Notes: generated by a model from the letters alone, not told the origin. A stretch of DNA of 64,000 nt from Spirochaetaceae bacterium (GCA_007118855.1 SKQU01000127.1:5660-69659); one strand, 5' to 3'. Positions 37,618 to 47,950 are shown, numbered from the stretch's first letter. Program-made: numbers and translations.

Positions 37618-39060
37618 TCAGCTCAGTACGGTGCGTTCGAGCTCCTGGGCGTACTCGAGCAGGTTCTTGAGGATCACCTTGTCACGGGCGGGGGTGTCGA
37701 TCCGTGAGAGGCGGTTCTGCACGTCGCGCCGGAAGGTCCCTATGTCGATCGCGCCGTCGGGCTCGGGGGTGAGAATGCGCGAGGCGCAGAAGCTCTTCCA
37801 CTTCTCGCGCTCATCCGCGCTGAGCGATTCCGGATAGTTTCGCGCGATGTAGCGCCACAGCATCTCCGGACCGCGAGGGTCGTAGAGGCGGGGCGGGTCT
37901 GCCTGGAGCTCGTCCGGTGGGAGCGAGCGGATCTGCTCGAACTCGACGCGGTCCTCGTCCGGGAAGAAGTCACCGCTGTAGATCTGGAGATCGGGGTCAC
38001 GGTAGGAGCGCGAGGGCCGCTCGGCGTAGACGCTGCGGATGCGCTGGACCAGGTCCCGTCGGGCGCGGATGAGCTCGGCGTGACGCAAGCACGCGTCGAC
38101 GTCCAGACCGAGCGCCGCGGCTCGATCCGCGTCGATCGTCGACAGCGGTGCGATCGCGGGGCAGCGGTTGATATGGATGCTGTTCAGCGGGACGCGCGGG
38201 GTGTCGCCGAGCTCTTCCTGTCTGGTGAAGACCCGACGTCGGATCTCCCGGACCGGCGCATCGATCCAGTCGCCGGGGTCGCGGCGCAGGTCGCAGGCGA
38301 TGATCTCGTTCGCGTTCGACGGCGAAACGCTGAGCGGGATCACCACCGTCGTGCACCCGGCAGGAGAGGTGAACATGGGTGAGGTATGGAGGACCGGCTC
38401 CATCTGCTGAAGGTTGAGCCGACGTCTGACCTCTTCCTTCTTCCGCAGTGAGAAGTGGTACCGGAAGAGCTTGCGCTGCGAGCGGTGGACGCGCTTCGCG
38501 AGACCGATCGTGGCGCGGACGTCCGAGAGCGCATCGTGCGCCTGCTCGTGCTCGACGCCGTTGGCCGCCGCGAGCTCGTCGAGCCTGAATACCGGGACGC
38601 CGCGGTCGTCGTATCGCCACTCGATTCCCTCCGGCCGCAGGTCGTGGCACATGCGCAGGAGGCCGAGGATGTCCCACCGGGAGTTACTCTCGGCGTACTC
38701 CCGTCGGTATGGATCGTAGAGACACCGGTAGAAGAGCGCTCTGATGAACTCGTCGTCGAACCGCAGATTGTTGAACCCGACCGTGCACGTCCCGGGGCGG
38801 ATCATCTGCTCATAGACAAGCGCCGCGAACTCGCGTTCCGACGACCCCCGCTCCTGCACGAGTTGCGGCGTGATACCCGTCAGCAGGCATGCGTCAGGGT
38901 TGGGGACGTAATCCGGGGTGAGCCGGCAGTAGGCCACGATCGGGTCATCAACCTGCTCGAAGGCGTCGGTCGTGCGGATCGCGGCGAGCTGCGCGATACG
39001 ATCCCACTGCGGGTGACGCCCGAAGGTCTCCAGATCGTACCAGAGCAGCGTGAACGGCAT
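37618..39060 (-). CDS. sbcB: Exodeoxyribonuclease I
   Basis: 480 aa. DnaQ-like Exo motifs (LWYDLETFG, GFNNLRFDDEF, HDALSDVRA) followed by the SH3-like and helical ExoI C-domains. Starts 11 nt after the MutS-like gene stop. Confidence 0.85.
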   Translation of the reverse strand: MPFTLLWYDLETFGRHPQWDRIAQLAAIRTTDAFEQVDDPIVAYCRLTPDYVPNPDACLLTGITPQLVQERGSSEREFAALVYEQMIRPGTCTVGFNNLRFDDEFIRALFYRCLYDPYRREYAESNSRWDILGLLRMCHDLRPEGIEWRYDDRGVPVFRLDELAAANGVEHEQAHDALSDVRATIGLAKRVHRSQRKLFRYHFSLRKKEEVRRRLNLQQMEPVLHTSPMFTSPAGCTTVVIPLSVSPSNANEIIACDLRRDPGDWIDAPVREIRRRVFTRQEELGDTPRVPLNSIHINRCPAIAPLSTIDADRAAALGLDVDACLRHAELIRARRDLVQRIRSVYAERPSRSYRDPDLQIYSGDFFPDEDRVEFEQIRSLPPDELQADPPRLYDPRGPEMLWRYIARNYPESLSADEREKWKSFCASRILTPEPDGAIDIGTFRRDVQNRLSRIDTPARDKVILKNLLEYAQELERTVLS

Positions 39061-39071
39061 GGGTGACTCTA

Positions 39072-40838
39072 TCAGAGACCCTTCGTGCTCTCAAGCGCGC
39101 TCTCGATAACGTCTTCAGGGTACCCGATCAGCCGCAGGAGCTTGATGGCGTTTCGCGTCTGCACGACGCCCGGGTGAATCTGGTAATCGAAGGAGAGGCC
39201 CTTCTCGTCGGCGCTGTCGGTGAAGTAGTGCAGTGCGTAGCGGTCGGCGACGCCGTTCGCTATGGCCACATCGTGCGTGGCGGCGATCGTGAGCGCCGGA
39301 CGGTCTGCAAGGTAATGGAGGATCGCAACCGACGCGCTCTCGCGCTCGAGCGAATTGGTTCCCGAGAGCAACTCGTCTATGAGCAGCAGAACCGGCGTCT
39401 GCGCCTGGGCCTCCTCGATCATCCGGTAGATGCGCTCGGCCTCGTCGTAGTAGAAACTCTTTCCTTCGGCGAGATCGTCGTGCTTCTCGATCGACGACAT
39501 GACCCGGAATCGCGGAGCGCGGTATGCCTTCGCAAAGGCGTATCCGGCCGTCTGCGCGAAGAGGACGTTGATCCCAACCGTGCGCAGAAAGGTCGACTTG
39601 CCGGCCATGTTGGTTCCGGTCACGATCGCGCCCGGCCGGCGGAGCTCCACCGTATGGGGAACCGCGCGAGCGATCAGTGGATGGTAGGCGCCGGAGAGCT
39701 CGAGGTTCCCATTCTCCAGGATCTCCGCGTCACAGATACGGTTCCTGCGGGACCGGTAGGAGGCGAGCGCATAGAGCGCGTCGATCGACCCGATTCCCTG
39801 GTAGATCGCCCGGAAGGCATCCCGCTCCGCGGTGATGGTACGGATGATTTTGTTGTACGCGATGAGGTCGATCTGAAAGTAGATCTTCACGTAGAGGAGG
39901 ATCGTCTCCATGATATCCCCGGTGAAGGTGGGAGAGGGGCTCGGGGCGCCGGTGAGCAGCCAGCCGAATGCCCGCCGGGCCGGGCCCGTTCGAGAACGAA
40001 GCTCCGGCAGATCGTGCCAGGGCAGGTCCACCGCGATGTTGATCATCCGGCTCAGCACCCGGAGCGCCGGTACGTAGATCGAGACGTGGCGGGCCTTGCG
40101 GTAGTAGATCCACATGTTGCTGACGAAGGTGACGATGATCATGATGATACCGAGCGTGGGATTGACCGCCGCGGCAACGAGAATCGAGGCGATCGCAAGC
40201 CCGCACATCGCGATGAACATGGGGAACAGATCGTCGCTCTCTACCGCGTCGCTCCAGAGGAGGTCCGCCGGGTCCGCGTCACGCTCCTCGCCCACGTAGG
40301 CGAGCGACTGCGCGACTCGCTGCCGAAGCGCCTCGTCGTCGGTGAGTTCCTCGATGAGCCTGGAGCGCTCGCCGATGGTCTCACCCGGCGGCAGCACGTG
40401 CCTGAGCATGCGGTAGAGCTCGTTGCGCCCGGCCATCGTGAAGGCAACGTCGATCCGGTCGTGGATCTCGTCCATTCCCAGATCGTTCCACGTGCGATCG
40501 TCCACGAATCCCAGGCTCGGGTCGCGGGTGTAGTCACCGTATTGCGATCGCAACTGCTCGAACCGCGTGTAGGGAACGCGCTCGACCGACGGACCGTACG
40601 CTCGCCACCTCGCGCGTCCCCGCACGCGGGCATCGGCTACCGGAACCGCGCGGCGGAGCGTGAAGTAGAGCGAGGCCGGCACGACCGCACTCACCATCAG
40701 CCAGTACCAGTCCGGCGAGAGGTTGTAGCCGATCGAGCCGAAAACGGCGATCGTCGCGAGCGTGAGGACACCGCAGCTCGTTCGCAGAAAGCGAAGTCGG
40801 GAGGGGCGGAACCGTGAGATGCTGGTTGTGAGGCTCAT
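39072..40838 (-). CDS. Membrane-anchored MutS-related ATPase (MutS domain V only)
   Basis: 588 aa with about 4 TM helices in the N-terminal half. C-terminal MutS ABC-ATPase: Walker A GTNMAGKSTFLRTVG, SFYYDEAERI, Walker B LLLIDELLSGTNSLE, ATHD. No mismatch-binding domain I recognised. Confidence 0.75.
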   Translation of the reverse strand: MSLTTSISRFRPSRLRFLRTSCGVLTLATIAVFGSIGYNLSPDWYWLMVSAVVPASLYFTLRRAVPVADARVRGRARWRAYGPSVERVPYTRFEQLRSQYGDYTRDPSLGFVDDRTWNDLGMDEIHDRIDVAFTMAGRNELYRMLRHVLPPGETIGERSRLIEELTDDEALRQRVAQSLAYVGEERDADPADLLWSDAVESDDLFPMFIAMCGLAIASILVAAAVNPTLGIIMIIVTFVSNMWIYYRKARHVSIYVPALRVLSRMINIAVDLPWHDLPELRSRTGPARRAFGWLLTGAPSPSPTFTGDIMETILLYVKIYFQIDLIAYNKIIRTITAERDAFRAIYQGIGSIDALYALASYRSRRNRICDAEILENGNLELSGAYHPLIARAVPHTVELRRPGAIVTGTNMAGKSTFLRTVGINVLFAQTAGYAFAKAYRAPRFRVMSSIEKHDDLAEGKSFYYDEAERIYRMIEEAQAQTPVLLLIDELLSGTNSLERESASVAILHYLADRPALTIAATHDVAIANGVADRYALHYFTDSADEKGLSFDYQIHPGVVQTRNAIKLLRLIGYPEDVIESALESTKGL

Positions 40839-40871
40839 CGTGGTGAGCCTACCATCCCTCGCCGGCTTATG

Positions 40872-41159
<288 letters not shown>

Positions 41160-41286
41160 ACGCGCTCCTTTGAGTCTCCTCCATAGTGTACCCCGATCTC
41201 CGGGCGTTTCAAAGGCGTCCGCGGCGCCCCGGTTCCGGGCCTGCCACCTTCTTGGAAAAGCCGCATCCCGGCTGTACACTGATGGT

Positions 41287-41817
41287 ATGGCAGGAAACGT
41301 GGAGAAGCTACCCGAACGGGTAAGGGAGCACGTGCGACAGCTCGTTGAGCCGGCCGGTCTGTCCGGCGTCGAGAATGCCGAGGAGCTGCTCGCCGAAGGG
41401 TGGATGGAGAAACACCGCGCTTTTGAGCGTCACACCGCCGAGCGCGGGATGGCCCCGGCCGAGACCTTTGCCGCGGGCGAGTTTGGCGGCGCCCTCGCGA
41501 TGACCTACTCGGGCTCGATCGTGAGCGTCGGTCCCATGATCGACGGGGAGCGGGACGTCGCGTACGCGAGTATCGGGGCCCGGCGCGACGTTCCGCAGAT
41601 GTCGGTCAAGCAGGACAGCCGGCTCGCGTCGGACATCGCCGTCGATCAGGTGATCGAGTTTGCCGAAGGCCCGGTGCAGAAGACCTCGCCCGTCTTCGCG
41701 ATCGCGGTCTTCCAGAAGGCACTGCCGGCGGCAAAGGAGCAGGCTGCACTCGTCGAGGTGACGCAGGTGCTGACCGAGCGGTTCGTCGACATCAACAACG
41801 ATACGCTGCACGGTTAG
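41287..41817 (+). CDS. Hypothetical protein, first gene of the kinase/FHA cluster
   Basis: 176 aa from ATG 41287. No motif recognised. Ends 10 nt before the kinase start. Confidence 0.4.
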   Translation: MAGNVEKLPERVREHVRQLVEPAGLSGVENAEELLAEGWMEKHRAFERHTAERGMAPAETFAAGEFGGALAMTYSGSIVSVGPMIDGERDVAYASIGARRDVPQMSVKQDSRLASDIAVDQVIEFAEGPVQKTSPVFAIAVFQKALPAAKEQAALVEVTQVLTERFVDINNDTLHG

Positions 41818-41827
41818 CGGACCACCC

Positions 41828-43555
41828 ATGGCACGGACCCCGGACCAGATCGGCAAGTACTCGATCGTCGATCAAATCGGCAAGGGTGGGATGGGGATGG
41901 TCTACAAGGCCGAGCACCCCACGCTCGACCGGCTTGTGATCCTCAAGAAGCTGAACATTTCCGGCGACCCGGTGATGCGCGAGCGGTTCCGTCGTGAGGC
42001 GGCGATCATGATCGACTTCCGCACCGACTACGTGGTCGACGTCTATGACCACTTCCGTCACGGGTCGTCGGACTACATCGTGCTCGAGTACATCGACGGG
42101 GTCTCGCTCGAGGAGATCCTTGCGCGCGAACGGTACCTGCCGAGCGATCTCGCGCTCTTCATCGCGCGCGACGTCTTTCGCGGGCTCGAGTACGTGCACG
42201 GCAAGGGCGTCGTGCACCGCGACGTGAAGCCGGGGAACGTCGTCATCGCCCGCGACGGCTCGGTGAAGCTGCTCGACTTCGGGATCGCCTCACGGGGCGG
42301 CGAGTTCCAGGACGAGCTGACGCGAGAGGGCATGACCCTCGGCACCGTCGCGTACATCGCGCCCGAGCAGATCGAGCGCAGTCGGGACGTGGACCGGCGG
42401 GCGGACATCTACTCGGCCGGCGCCACGCTCTACGAGATGGTGACCGGCGCGAAGGCGTTCTCCGGCGGGTTCAACCCGGAGACGGTCAACCGGATCCAGC
42501 GCGGCCGCTATCGCCACCCGCGGAGACTCAATCCCCGCGTCTCGCGGCCGGTTGTCAGGGTCATCAGGCGCTGCATGCGCCGCAAGCCCCGGCGGCGGTT
42601 CCAGCATGCCGCGGATGTCGTGGGGCGGCTCGACGCGCTCTTCCGCAGGGAGGACGAGGCGCGGATGCGCCGACGTCTTTCCGCGCTCGCCGAAGGCAGA
42701 CCCGAGAGCGTCGAGCGGCCGCGCCGGAAGCATCGCTCCTGGATGCGACCCGTCGTCGCGGGGGTGCTCATCCTGCTCGTCGCGGGGGCGCTCGCCTGGT
42801 GGACCGGCGAGGCTCAGGGCTTGATCCTCGGGCGCACGCACGCGCTCGTGCGCGCGGAGATACGCCTGCGCAAGACCGATCGCTCCGTGGACGAGCACCT
42901 GATCCGCATCGAGCTCGCCCGCGAGGAGAACGGCCGGTTTGCCGACGTGCCGTTGCGGTTGCCGTTGATGCGCACGGTCGACGCGCTCGAGACCCCTGAC
43001 TACGTCGTCGTTCGATCGCGCCTGCTGACCATGCCTGCCGGGCGCTACCGGGTGACGGTCGCCGTAGAGGATTCGGTTGACCGGAAGATCCTGACGCTGG
43101 ACTCCGTCGCCACTGCGGGCGAGACCCAGGTCATTGCAGTGCGATGGGACCCGGTTCCGCCGGCGTCGTTCACGCTCGATCTCGCGGTTCACGATGCCCG
43201 GACCGCAGCCCCGGTGGACGAGGTGAAGGTCGAAGCATGGCTGAACGATGAGTGGCGGGTGCTGAACCGACGAGGCACCGGCTGGGAGACTCCGGCGCGA
43301 ACGGACCCGGCTCGGCAGCTGACCGCGGACGGCGCGCTGACGGCGGACGGCGAGGAGATTCACCCGCTGCGGGGAATCGGATCGGCCTACCTCTCGTTGG
43401 CCCGCGCCGTGCGCTTCGCGCCGGGAGATACCGTGCGGCTGCGTCTAGCGCACCCGGACTACCATGAGGAGCAGGTCTCCCTGGAGACCGACCGCCTCAC
43501 GCGACAGGTCACGGTGGAGGTTGCGCTTCTGCCTCGCACCGAGGAGGAGAGATGA
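41828..43555 (+). CDS. Transmembrane Hanks-type Ser/Thr protein kinase with extracytoplasmic beta-rich (PEGA-like) region
   Basis: 575 aa. GKGGMGMVYKA, VILKKL (VAIK-like), HRDVKPGNVVI, DFGIAS, YIAPE. One TM (WMRPVVAGVLILLVAGALAWW) around residue 300, then about 250 aa outside. Confidence 0.9.
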   Translation: MARTPDQIGKYSIVDQIGKGGMGMVYKAEHPTLDRLVILKKLNISGDPVMRERFRREAAIMIDFRTDYVVDVYDHFRHGSSDYIVLEYIDGVSLEEILARERYLPSDLALFIARDVFRGLEYVHGKGVVHRDVKPGNVVIARDGSVKLLDFGIASRGGEFQDELTREGMTLGTVAYIAPEQIERSRDVDRRADIYSAGATLYEMVTGAKAFSGGFNPETVNRIQRGRYRHPRRLNPRVSRPVVRVIRRCMRRKPRRRFQHAADVVGRLDALFRREDEARMRRRLSALAEGRPESVERPRRKHRSWMRPVVAGVLILLVAGALAWWTGEAQGLILGRTHALVRAEIRLRKTDRSVDEHLIRIELAREENGRFADVPLRLPLMRTVDALETPDYVVVRSRLLTMPAGRYRVTVAVEDSVDRKILTLDSVATAGETQVIAVRWDPVPPASFTLDLAVHDARTAAPVDEVKVEAWLNDEWRVLNRRGTGWETPARTDPARQLTADGALTADGEEIHPLRGIGSAYLSLARAVRFAPGDTVRLRLAHPDYHEEQVSLETDRLTRQVTVEVALLPRTEEER

Positions 43556-44433
43556 GTCTGTTCATGCGGCGTATCATCGTGCTCGCGGCCGGGGTTGTGG
43601 GCGGGCTGCTCGCCTGGCCCTTCGCCGAGCTCCTGCTCGGCGCCCAGCCGGGCTTCCCCTCGTACCTGTTCTTCATGGTGACCACCGGCTCGGTCTACGG
43701 AGCCTTCTTCGGTCTCGCCTTCGGAAGCGTCGACGGCATTACCGCCGGCGTGGGCGCCAGGAAGTGGCTCGGACTCGGGACCGGAGCCGCCGCCGGCCTG
43801 CTTGCCGGGGCGACCGGTGTGCTCGTAGGTCAGGCGGTCTATCTCGCGCTTGGCCAGTACCTGCTGCAGCGGCCGGACGCCCGTCTCGCCGGCTTCGTGA
43901 TCGCGCGCGGGCTCGGATGGTCGGTGACGGGCGCCGTGATCGGCGCGGTGGAGGGGCTGCGGCTGCGCTCCGGGAAACGTGCCGGGATCGGCGCGCTCGG
44001 CGGTTTCGTTGGGGGGCTTTCCGGGGGGCTTCTCGTCGAGTACGGGATGCACGTGTTCGCGGATGCGTGGTGGGTCCGTCCGGTGGGCACCGTGGTGCTC
44101 GGTCTGCTGCTCGGGGCAGGCTTCGCGGCGATCGAGCGCGGGTTCCTGCTCGGGCGACTCGCGCTCCTGACCGGAGCCCTTCGCGGGCGTGAGTACCCGC
44201 TTCCTCCGGGCCGGACGACGATTGGAGACTCACTCGGCGACACGGTCACCATTGCCAACTACACCGAGGTCTCGCCGAGGCACGCGGTGGTGGTGGGCGA
44301 TCGGGCCGGGCTCAGGATCGAGCGGGGGCGCGGTGAGCTGCGGGTGAACGAGGAGCCGGTCGACCGGGCCGAGCTCAAGTACGATGATGTGATCGACGTG
44401 GGCACGGCACGCTTCTACCTGAAGCGGCCGTGA
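43552..44433 (+). CDS. Polytopic membrane protein with C-terminal FHA domain
   Basis: 293 aa, ATGA overlap with the kinase. Gly-rich TM helices (GLGTGAAAGLLAGATGVLVG, GIGALGGFVGGLSGGLLV). C-terminal FHA pattern GRTTIGDS...VSPRHAVVV...LRVNEEPV...DDVIDVGTARFYL. Confidence 0.8.
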   Translation: MSLFMRRIIVLAAGVVGGLLAWPFAELLLGAQPGFPSYLFFMVTTGSVYGAFFGLAFGSVDGITAGVGARKWLGLGTGAAAGLLAGATGVLVGQAVYLALGQYLLQRPDARLAGFVIARGLGWSVTGAVIGAVEGLRLRSGKRAGIGALGGFVGGLSGGLLVEYGMHVFADAWWVRPVGTVVLGLLLGAGFAAIERGFLLGRLALLTGALRGREYPLPPGRTTIGDSLGDTVTIANYTEVSPRHAVVVGDRAGLRIERGRGELRVNEEPVDRAELKYDDVIDVGTARFYLKRP

Positions 44434-44456
44434 CCGGACGGTCGAGGAGGTATCCC

Positions 44457-45863
44457 ATGATTCGACGGGCAATGATGCTGATCGTGCTCTGCGCCGCGGT
44501 CGCGGCGAGCGTCCCGGCCCAGCGCCTGGCGGTCGGCCAGATCGATACCGGCCGCCTCCTGTTCGGTCAGCGGGTCGACCTCTATCTGTCGCTCGACCTG
44601 CCGGCGGGCCGCACGATCGACCCGGAGCGTCTGGGAGAGCTTCTGCGCGTGTACGAGTCGGGTGACGGCAGACTGTACCACGAGGTCGACGCCGTACTCG
44701 ATGTCGTGCCGGTGCGCAGCCTTGACGCGCCGCTCTCCTTCTACATGCTCGTCGACTATTCCGGCAGCATGTACGATGAGCATGTGCCCGGAAGGCCCGA
44801 CCTTCGGCGCATCGACGCCGCGCGTCAGGCGATCCGTCACTTCGTCAACAACATCACCCACGAGCGGGACCGGGTCGGCCTCGCCCTGTTCGGCACCCGG
44901 TATCACCAACTCGCGCCTCCGGGCCGGGACAAGGCGCGCCTTGGTCCAATCCTCGACGACATCGAGCGGCCGCCTCGAGCCGAGGGGTATACCGAGCTCT
45001 ACGCCGCGCTCGTCGAGTCGGCCTCGGATGCGGCAGACATCGGTCGTCGGACCGTCATCGTTCTCTCCGACGGCGAGAACTACCCCTACTCGATCTACGA
45101 GGGCGAGCCGCATCCGGAGCACGGCGAGCGGCTGTTCACCTATACCGAGGCTGTTGATGCATTCCAGCGCGAAGGACTGAGCCTTTTCGCCATCCACTAC
45201 GGAGACGATGAGGAAGATCCGCACCTTGGGCGGATCGCCGAACAGACCGGCGGACGGGTGTACCGTGCCGTGACGACGGACGAGCTTGCACGGGTCTACC
45301 AGGACATCCGCTCGGTGCTGCTCGAAGAGTACCGGGTCTCCTACACCGCGACGATGATCCCGTCGCAGCGGCGCATCGTGCGGGTGACCTACCGTGACGC
45401 GGATGTCGACCTTCGCGTCGAGCGGCCGTACTTCGCCGGGACGCTTTTCGCCGGGCCAGAGGAGGCGCCCGCGCCTGCACCCATCATCGTGTTCCTCGCG
45501 GGGATCCTCGGTCTTGCGGCGCTTCTGGCGGTCGCCATACGGGCAGGCCGCGCCGGGACGAGTCTGGTGCTGCTCGATTCCGGGGGGGCCGCCGCGCTCT
45601 CGAAGACGGTTGTGCTCGGCGACGGGGAGACCGTGATCGGCGCGAGCCCGGACGCGGACCTGACGATCGCCGGGAGTCCGGCGGTCGGCGAACGGCACGC
45701 GGTCGTGACGTACGAGCCGAAGCGCGGCGAGTACACAATCGTCAGCGACACACCGGTCCGGGTGAACAACAAACCGGTGACCCGCAGGATCCTCAAGCGC
45801 GGCGACGTGATCAACATCGAGGGCACCGTCTTCGCATTTGATGAGCCTGACGAGAAGGAATGA
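44457..45863 (+). CDS. Signal peptide - vWA domain - TM - FHA domain protein
   Basis: ATG 44457 with RBS GAGGAGG. MIDAS residues VDYSGSM...GYTELY...LSDGEN. TM PIIVFLAGILGLAALLAVAI. C-terminal FHA (TVIGASPDADLTI...ERHAVVTYE...VRVNNKPV...GDVINIEGTVFAF). Confidence 0.8.
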   Translation: MIRRAMMLIVLCAAVAASVPAQRLAVGQIDTGRLLFGQRVDLYLSLDLPAGRTIDPERLGELLRVYESGDGRLYHEVDAVLDVVPVRSLDAPLSFYMLVDYSGSMYDEHVPGRPDLRRIDAARQAIRHFVNNITHERDRVGLALFGTRYHQLAPPGRDKARLGPILDDIERPPRAEGYTELYAALVESASDAADIGRRTVIVLSDGENYPYSIYEGEPHPEHGERLFTYTEAVDAFQREGLSLFAIHYGDDEEDPHLGRIAEQTGGRVYRAVTTDELARVYQDIRSVLLEEYRVSYTATMIPSQRRIVRVTYRDADVDLRVERPYFAGTLFAGPEEAPAPAPIIVFLAGILGLAALLAVAIRAGRAGTSLVLLDSGGAAALSKTVVLGDGETVIGASPDADLTIAGSPAVGERHAVVTYEPKRGEYTIVSDTPVRVNNKPVTRRILKRGDVINIEGTVFAFDEPDEKE

Positions 45864-45923
45864 GCGATCGAAAAGCGTCGGGCCCGGCAGACGACGGGGC
45901 GGTTCTCTGAGTACGTTCTTCCG

Positions 45924-47360
45924 GTGAACGGATCTGAGCCCACGAAGATACGCTACGGCATCGCGATCGCCGCGATCGCGGTTCTCGCCGCGTGCGCTCC
46001 TGAGATCGTGGAAGAGCGCTTCGAGCCCGCGACCTCGCATCAGGAGTACCGCGCCGCGCTCGAGCTCCTCGACCTGGACGACACGGCGCTCGGTCAATCG
46101 TGGATCGCCGCGGCCGAGGCCGCGGTCGCCGAGCCTCTGACCGTCGAGACACCCTTCGAGGAGGTTGTGCTCTTCGATCCCCATGAGCCGCGGGCGATCG
46201 GGTACGAGTTCGTCGCCGAACGCGGCCGGGCCGTAACCGTCTCCATGGAGACCGGGATCGAGCGCTACTACGCAGACCTCTTCCGGGTGGAGGCCGGATC
46301 CGGGCTCGTCATGGTCGCAAGCCGGCCCGCCGAATCCTCCGAAATCCGGTTCGAGCCGCGGCGCGACGGGCGGTATCTCCTTCGGGTGCAGCCGGAGCTC
46401 CTGCGTGGCGGTCGGGTGGTTGTCCGGATCGTCGCGACCGCCTCGCTCGCCTTTCCGGTTGAGGCGGTCGGGCCCGGGCAGATTCTGAGCTACTTCGGCG
46501 ACGGACGCGACGGCGGACTCCGCATACACGAGGGGGTGGACATCTTCGCCCCTCGCGGGACACCGCTTCTCGCGGCGAGCGATGCGGTGGTGCACCGTGT
46601 GGGGGTTCGCGACCGAGGCGGCAATATCGTCTCACTCTACGACGAGAAGCGCGACCTGTTGCTCTACTACGCCCATCTGGAGGAGCAGATGGTGCGGCAG
46701 GGCGAGCGCGTGACGGCCGGGCAGGTCATCGGTACCGTCGGCAATACCGGGAACGCGATCACGACGCCACCGCACCTGCATATTGGCGTCTATCAGGGCG
46801 GATGGCAGCACGCCGTGGATCCGTGGAACTACTTCGTCGATCCGCCGCTCACCGTTCCGCAACCGGCGCTGCACGAGGATCTCCTTGGATCGTGGCACCG
46901 TCTGGCGGCCGGGACCTCCTTGCGGGTCGGCCTGGAGGCGCCGGCCGTGGGGCCGCGCTGGATCAACCGGAATCCGCTCCTTCGAGTCGAGGGCGCCGGG
47001 GACAGCCGGGGGTCCGGCCGGTTGGAGAGCGCCGACGCCGGTTCCGTGACGCCCCCGATCCGCGACGCCGGCGGGACCCGCGACATGCCCGCCGACACTC
47101 CGCTTCTCGTCGTGGGGGCGGCAGGATCGGTCGTCCGGGTTCGAACGCCCGACGGCGATTACGGCTACATGGATCCGTCGCCGCTGGCCTCCGCGACCGA
47201 GATGCGTCTCCTCGAGCGCGAGGTCGGCCTGCGCGACCCGGTCACCGGCGATCTCTTCCGCCGGCTTTCCGGCGGCGGAGCCGTCGAGTACCTGGGGTCG
47301 TACGAGGGGCGGATCTACCTGCGCACCGAAGACGGGAGGGTCGGGTTCGTCGACGCTTGA
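45924..47360 (+). CDS. Lipoprotein M23 peptidase with extra N- and C-terminal domains
   Basis: 478 aa, GTG start. Lipobox IAVLAA-C. Canonical M23 motifs HEGVDIFAPRGTPL, YYAHLEE, PPHLHIGVY. C-terminal about 120 aa is SH3-like (VVRVRTPDGDYGYM...IYLRTEDGRVGFV). Confidence 0.8.
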   Translation: MNGSEPTKIRYGIAIAAIAVLAACAPEIVEERFEPATSHQEYRAALELLDLDDTALGQSWIAAAEAAVAEPLTVETPFEEVVLFDPHEPRAIGYEFVAERGRAVTVSMETGIERYYADLFRVEAGSGLVMVASRPAESSEIRFEPRRDGRYLLRVQPELLRGGRVVVRIVATASLAFPVEAVGPGQILSYFGDGRDGGLRIHEGVDIFAPRGTPLLAASDAVVHRVGVRDRGGNIVSLYDEKRDLLLYYAHLEEQMVRQGERVTAGQVIGTVGNTGNAITTPPHLHIGVYQGGWQHAVDPWNYFVDPPLTVPQPALHEDLLGSWHRLAAGTSLRVGLEAPAVGPRWINRNPLLRVEGAGDSRGSGRLESADAGSVTPPIRDAGGTRDMPADTPLLVVGAAGSVVRVRTPDGDYGYMDPSPLASATEMRLLEREVGLRDPVTGDLFRRLSGGGAVEYLGSYEGRIYLRTEDGRVGFVDA

Positions 47361-47371
47361 GGAATCCCCGG

Positions 47372-47950
47372 CTACGGCGCCGCGTGGTCTTCGATCGTCT
47401 CCACGATTGTTATGAAGGCGTCCTGGTCTATGACGCCTTCCTCGCGCAGCCATTCAATGCGCCTCCGCTCGAGCGGAGCCGGTCGAGCGACGTCGATCCT
47501 TGCGTACCGGTCACGCAGGTAGGCATCGCGACGGGCGAAGAGTGTACGGCGGAAGTCCACGTATTCCCGGCGCGTCGGTCGGCCCCACAGCAGTCGAAAC
47601 ACGCGACCGTCTGCGAGCGGATACACCTCGTAGCGAACTCCGGTGAGCCGGTAGGCCGCGTAGCATGCCCCGGCGACGAGCGCCCAGAGGATGGCGACCC
47701 GCGGGTCGAGGCTGACCAGAAAACCGAACGCCACCGTTCCGACGACCAGGATGCCGAAGTAGATCGCCACGTTACGGAAGAAGAGATTGGACCGATAGTA
47801 GTCGGTGGTCCGACGACACAGCAGTTCGTACGGTACTGCGGCCGAGCCTTCGCTGCCGCGAACCCTGGACGCGTAGGTGAACTGTGTGTCGTCGAGCTCA
47901 ACCCGGTACTCTTCCCTGCCGCGTCGCTGCTCGAATACGCGCTGGTTCAT
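47372..47950 (-). CDS. Two-TM membrane protein, function unknown
   Basis: 192 aa. Central hairpin VAIYFGILVVGTVAFGFLV / ILWALVAGACYAAY flanked by Arg-rich soluble segments. ATGA-type 4-nt overlap with the upstream gene. Confidence 0.45.
   Translation of the reverse strand: MNQRVFEQRRGREEYRVELDDTQFTYASRVRGSEGSAAVPYELLCRRTTDYYRSNLFFRNVAIYFGILVVGTVAFGFLVSLDPRVAILWALVAGACYAAYRLTGVRYEVYPLADGRVFRLLWGRPTRREYVDFRRTLFARRDAYLRDRYARIDVARPAPLERRRIEWLREEGVIDQDAFITIVETIEDHAAP

Noticed and set aside
39063-40817. 584-aa ORF on the plus strand
   Set aside because: It is antisense to the MutS-like ATPase (Walker A/B are clearly on the minus strand). Arg/Asp/Glu-rich shadow.
44415-46595. 726-aa ORF on the minus strand
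   Set aside because: It is antisense to the vWA-FHA and M23 genes, which have clear MIDAS, FHA and HxH motifs. The ORF is Arg/Asp/Pro-rich with no recognisable domain.
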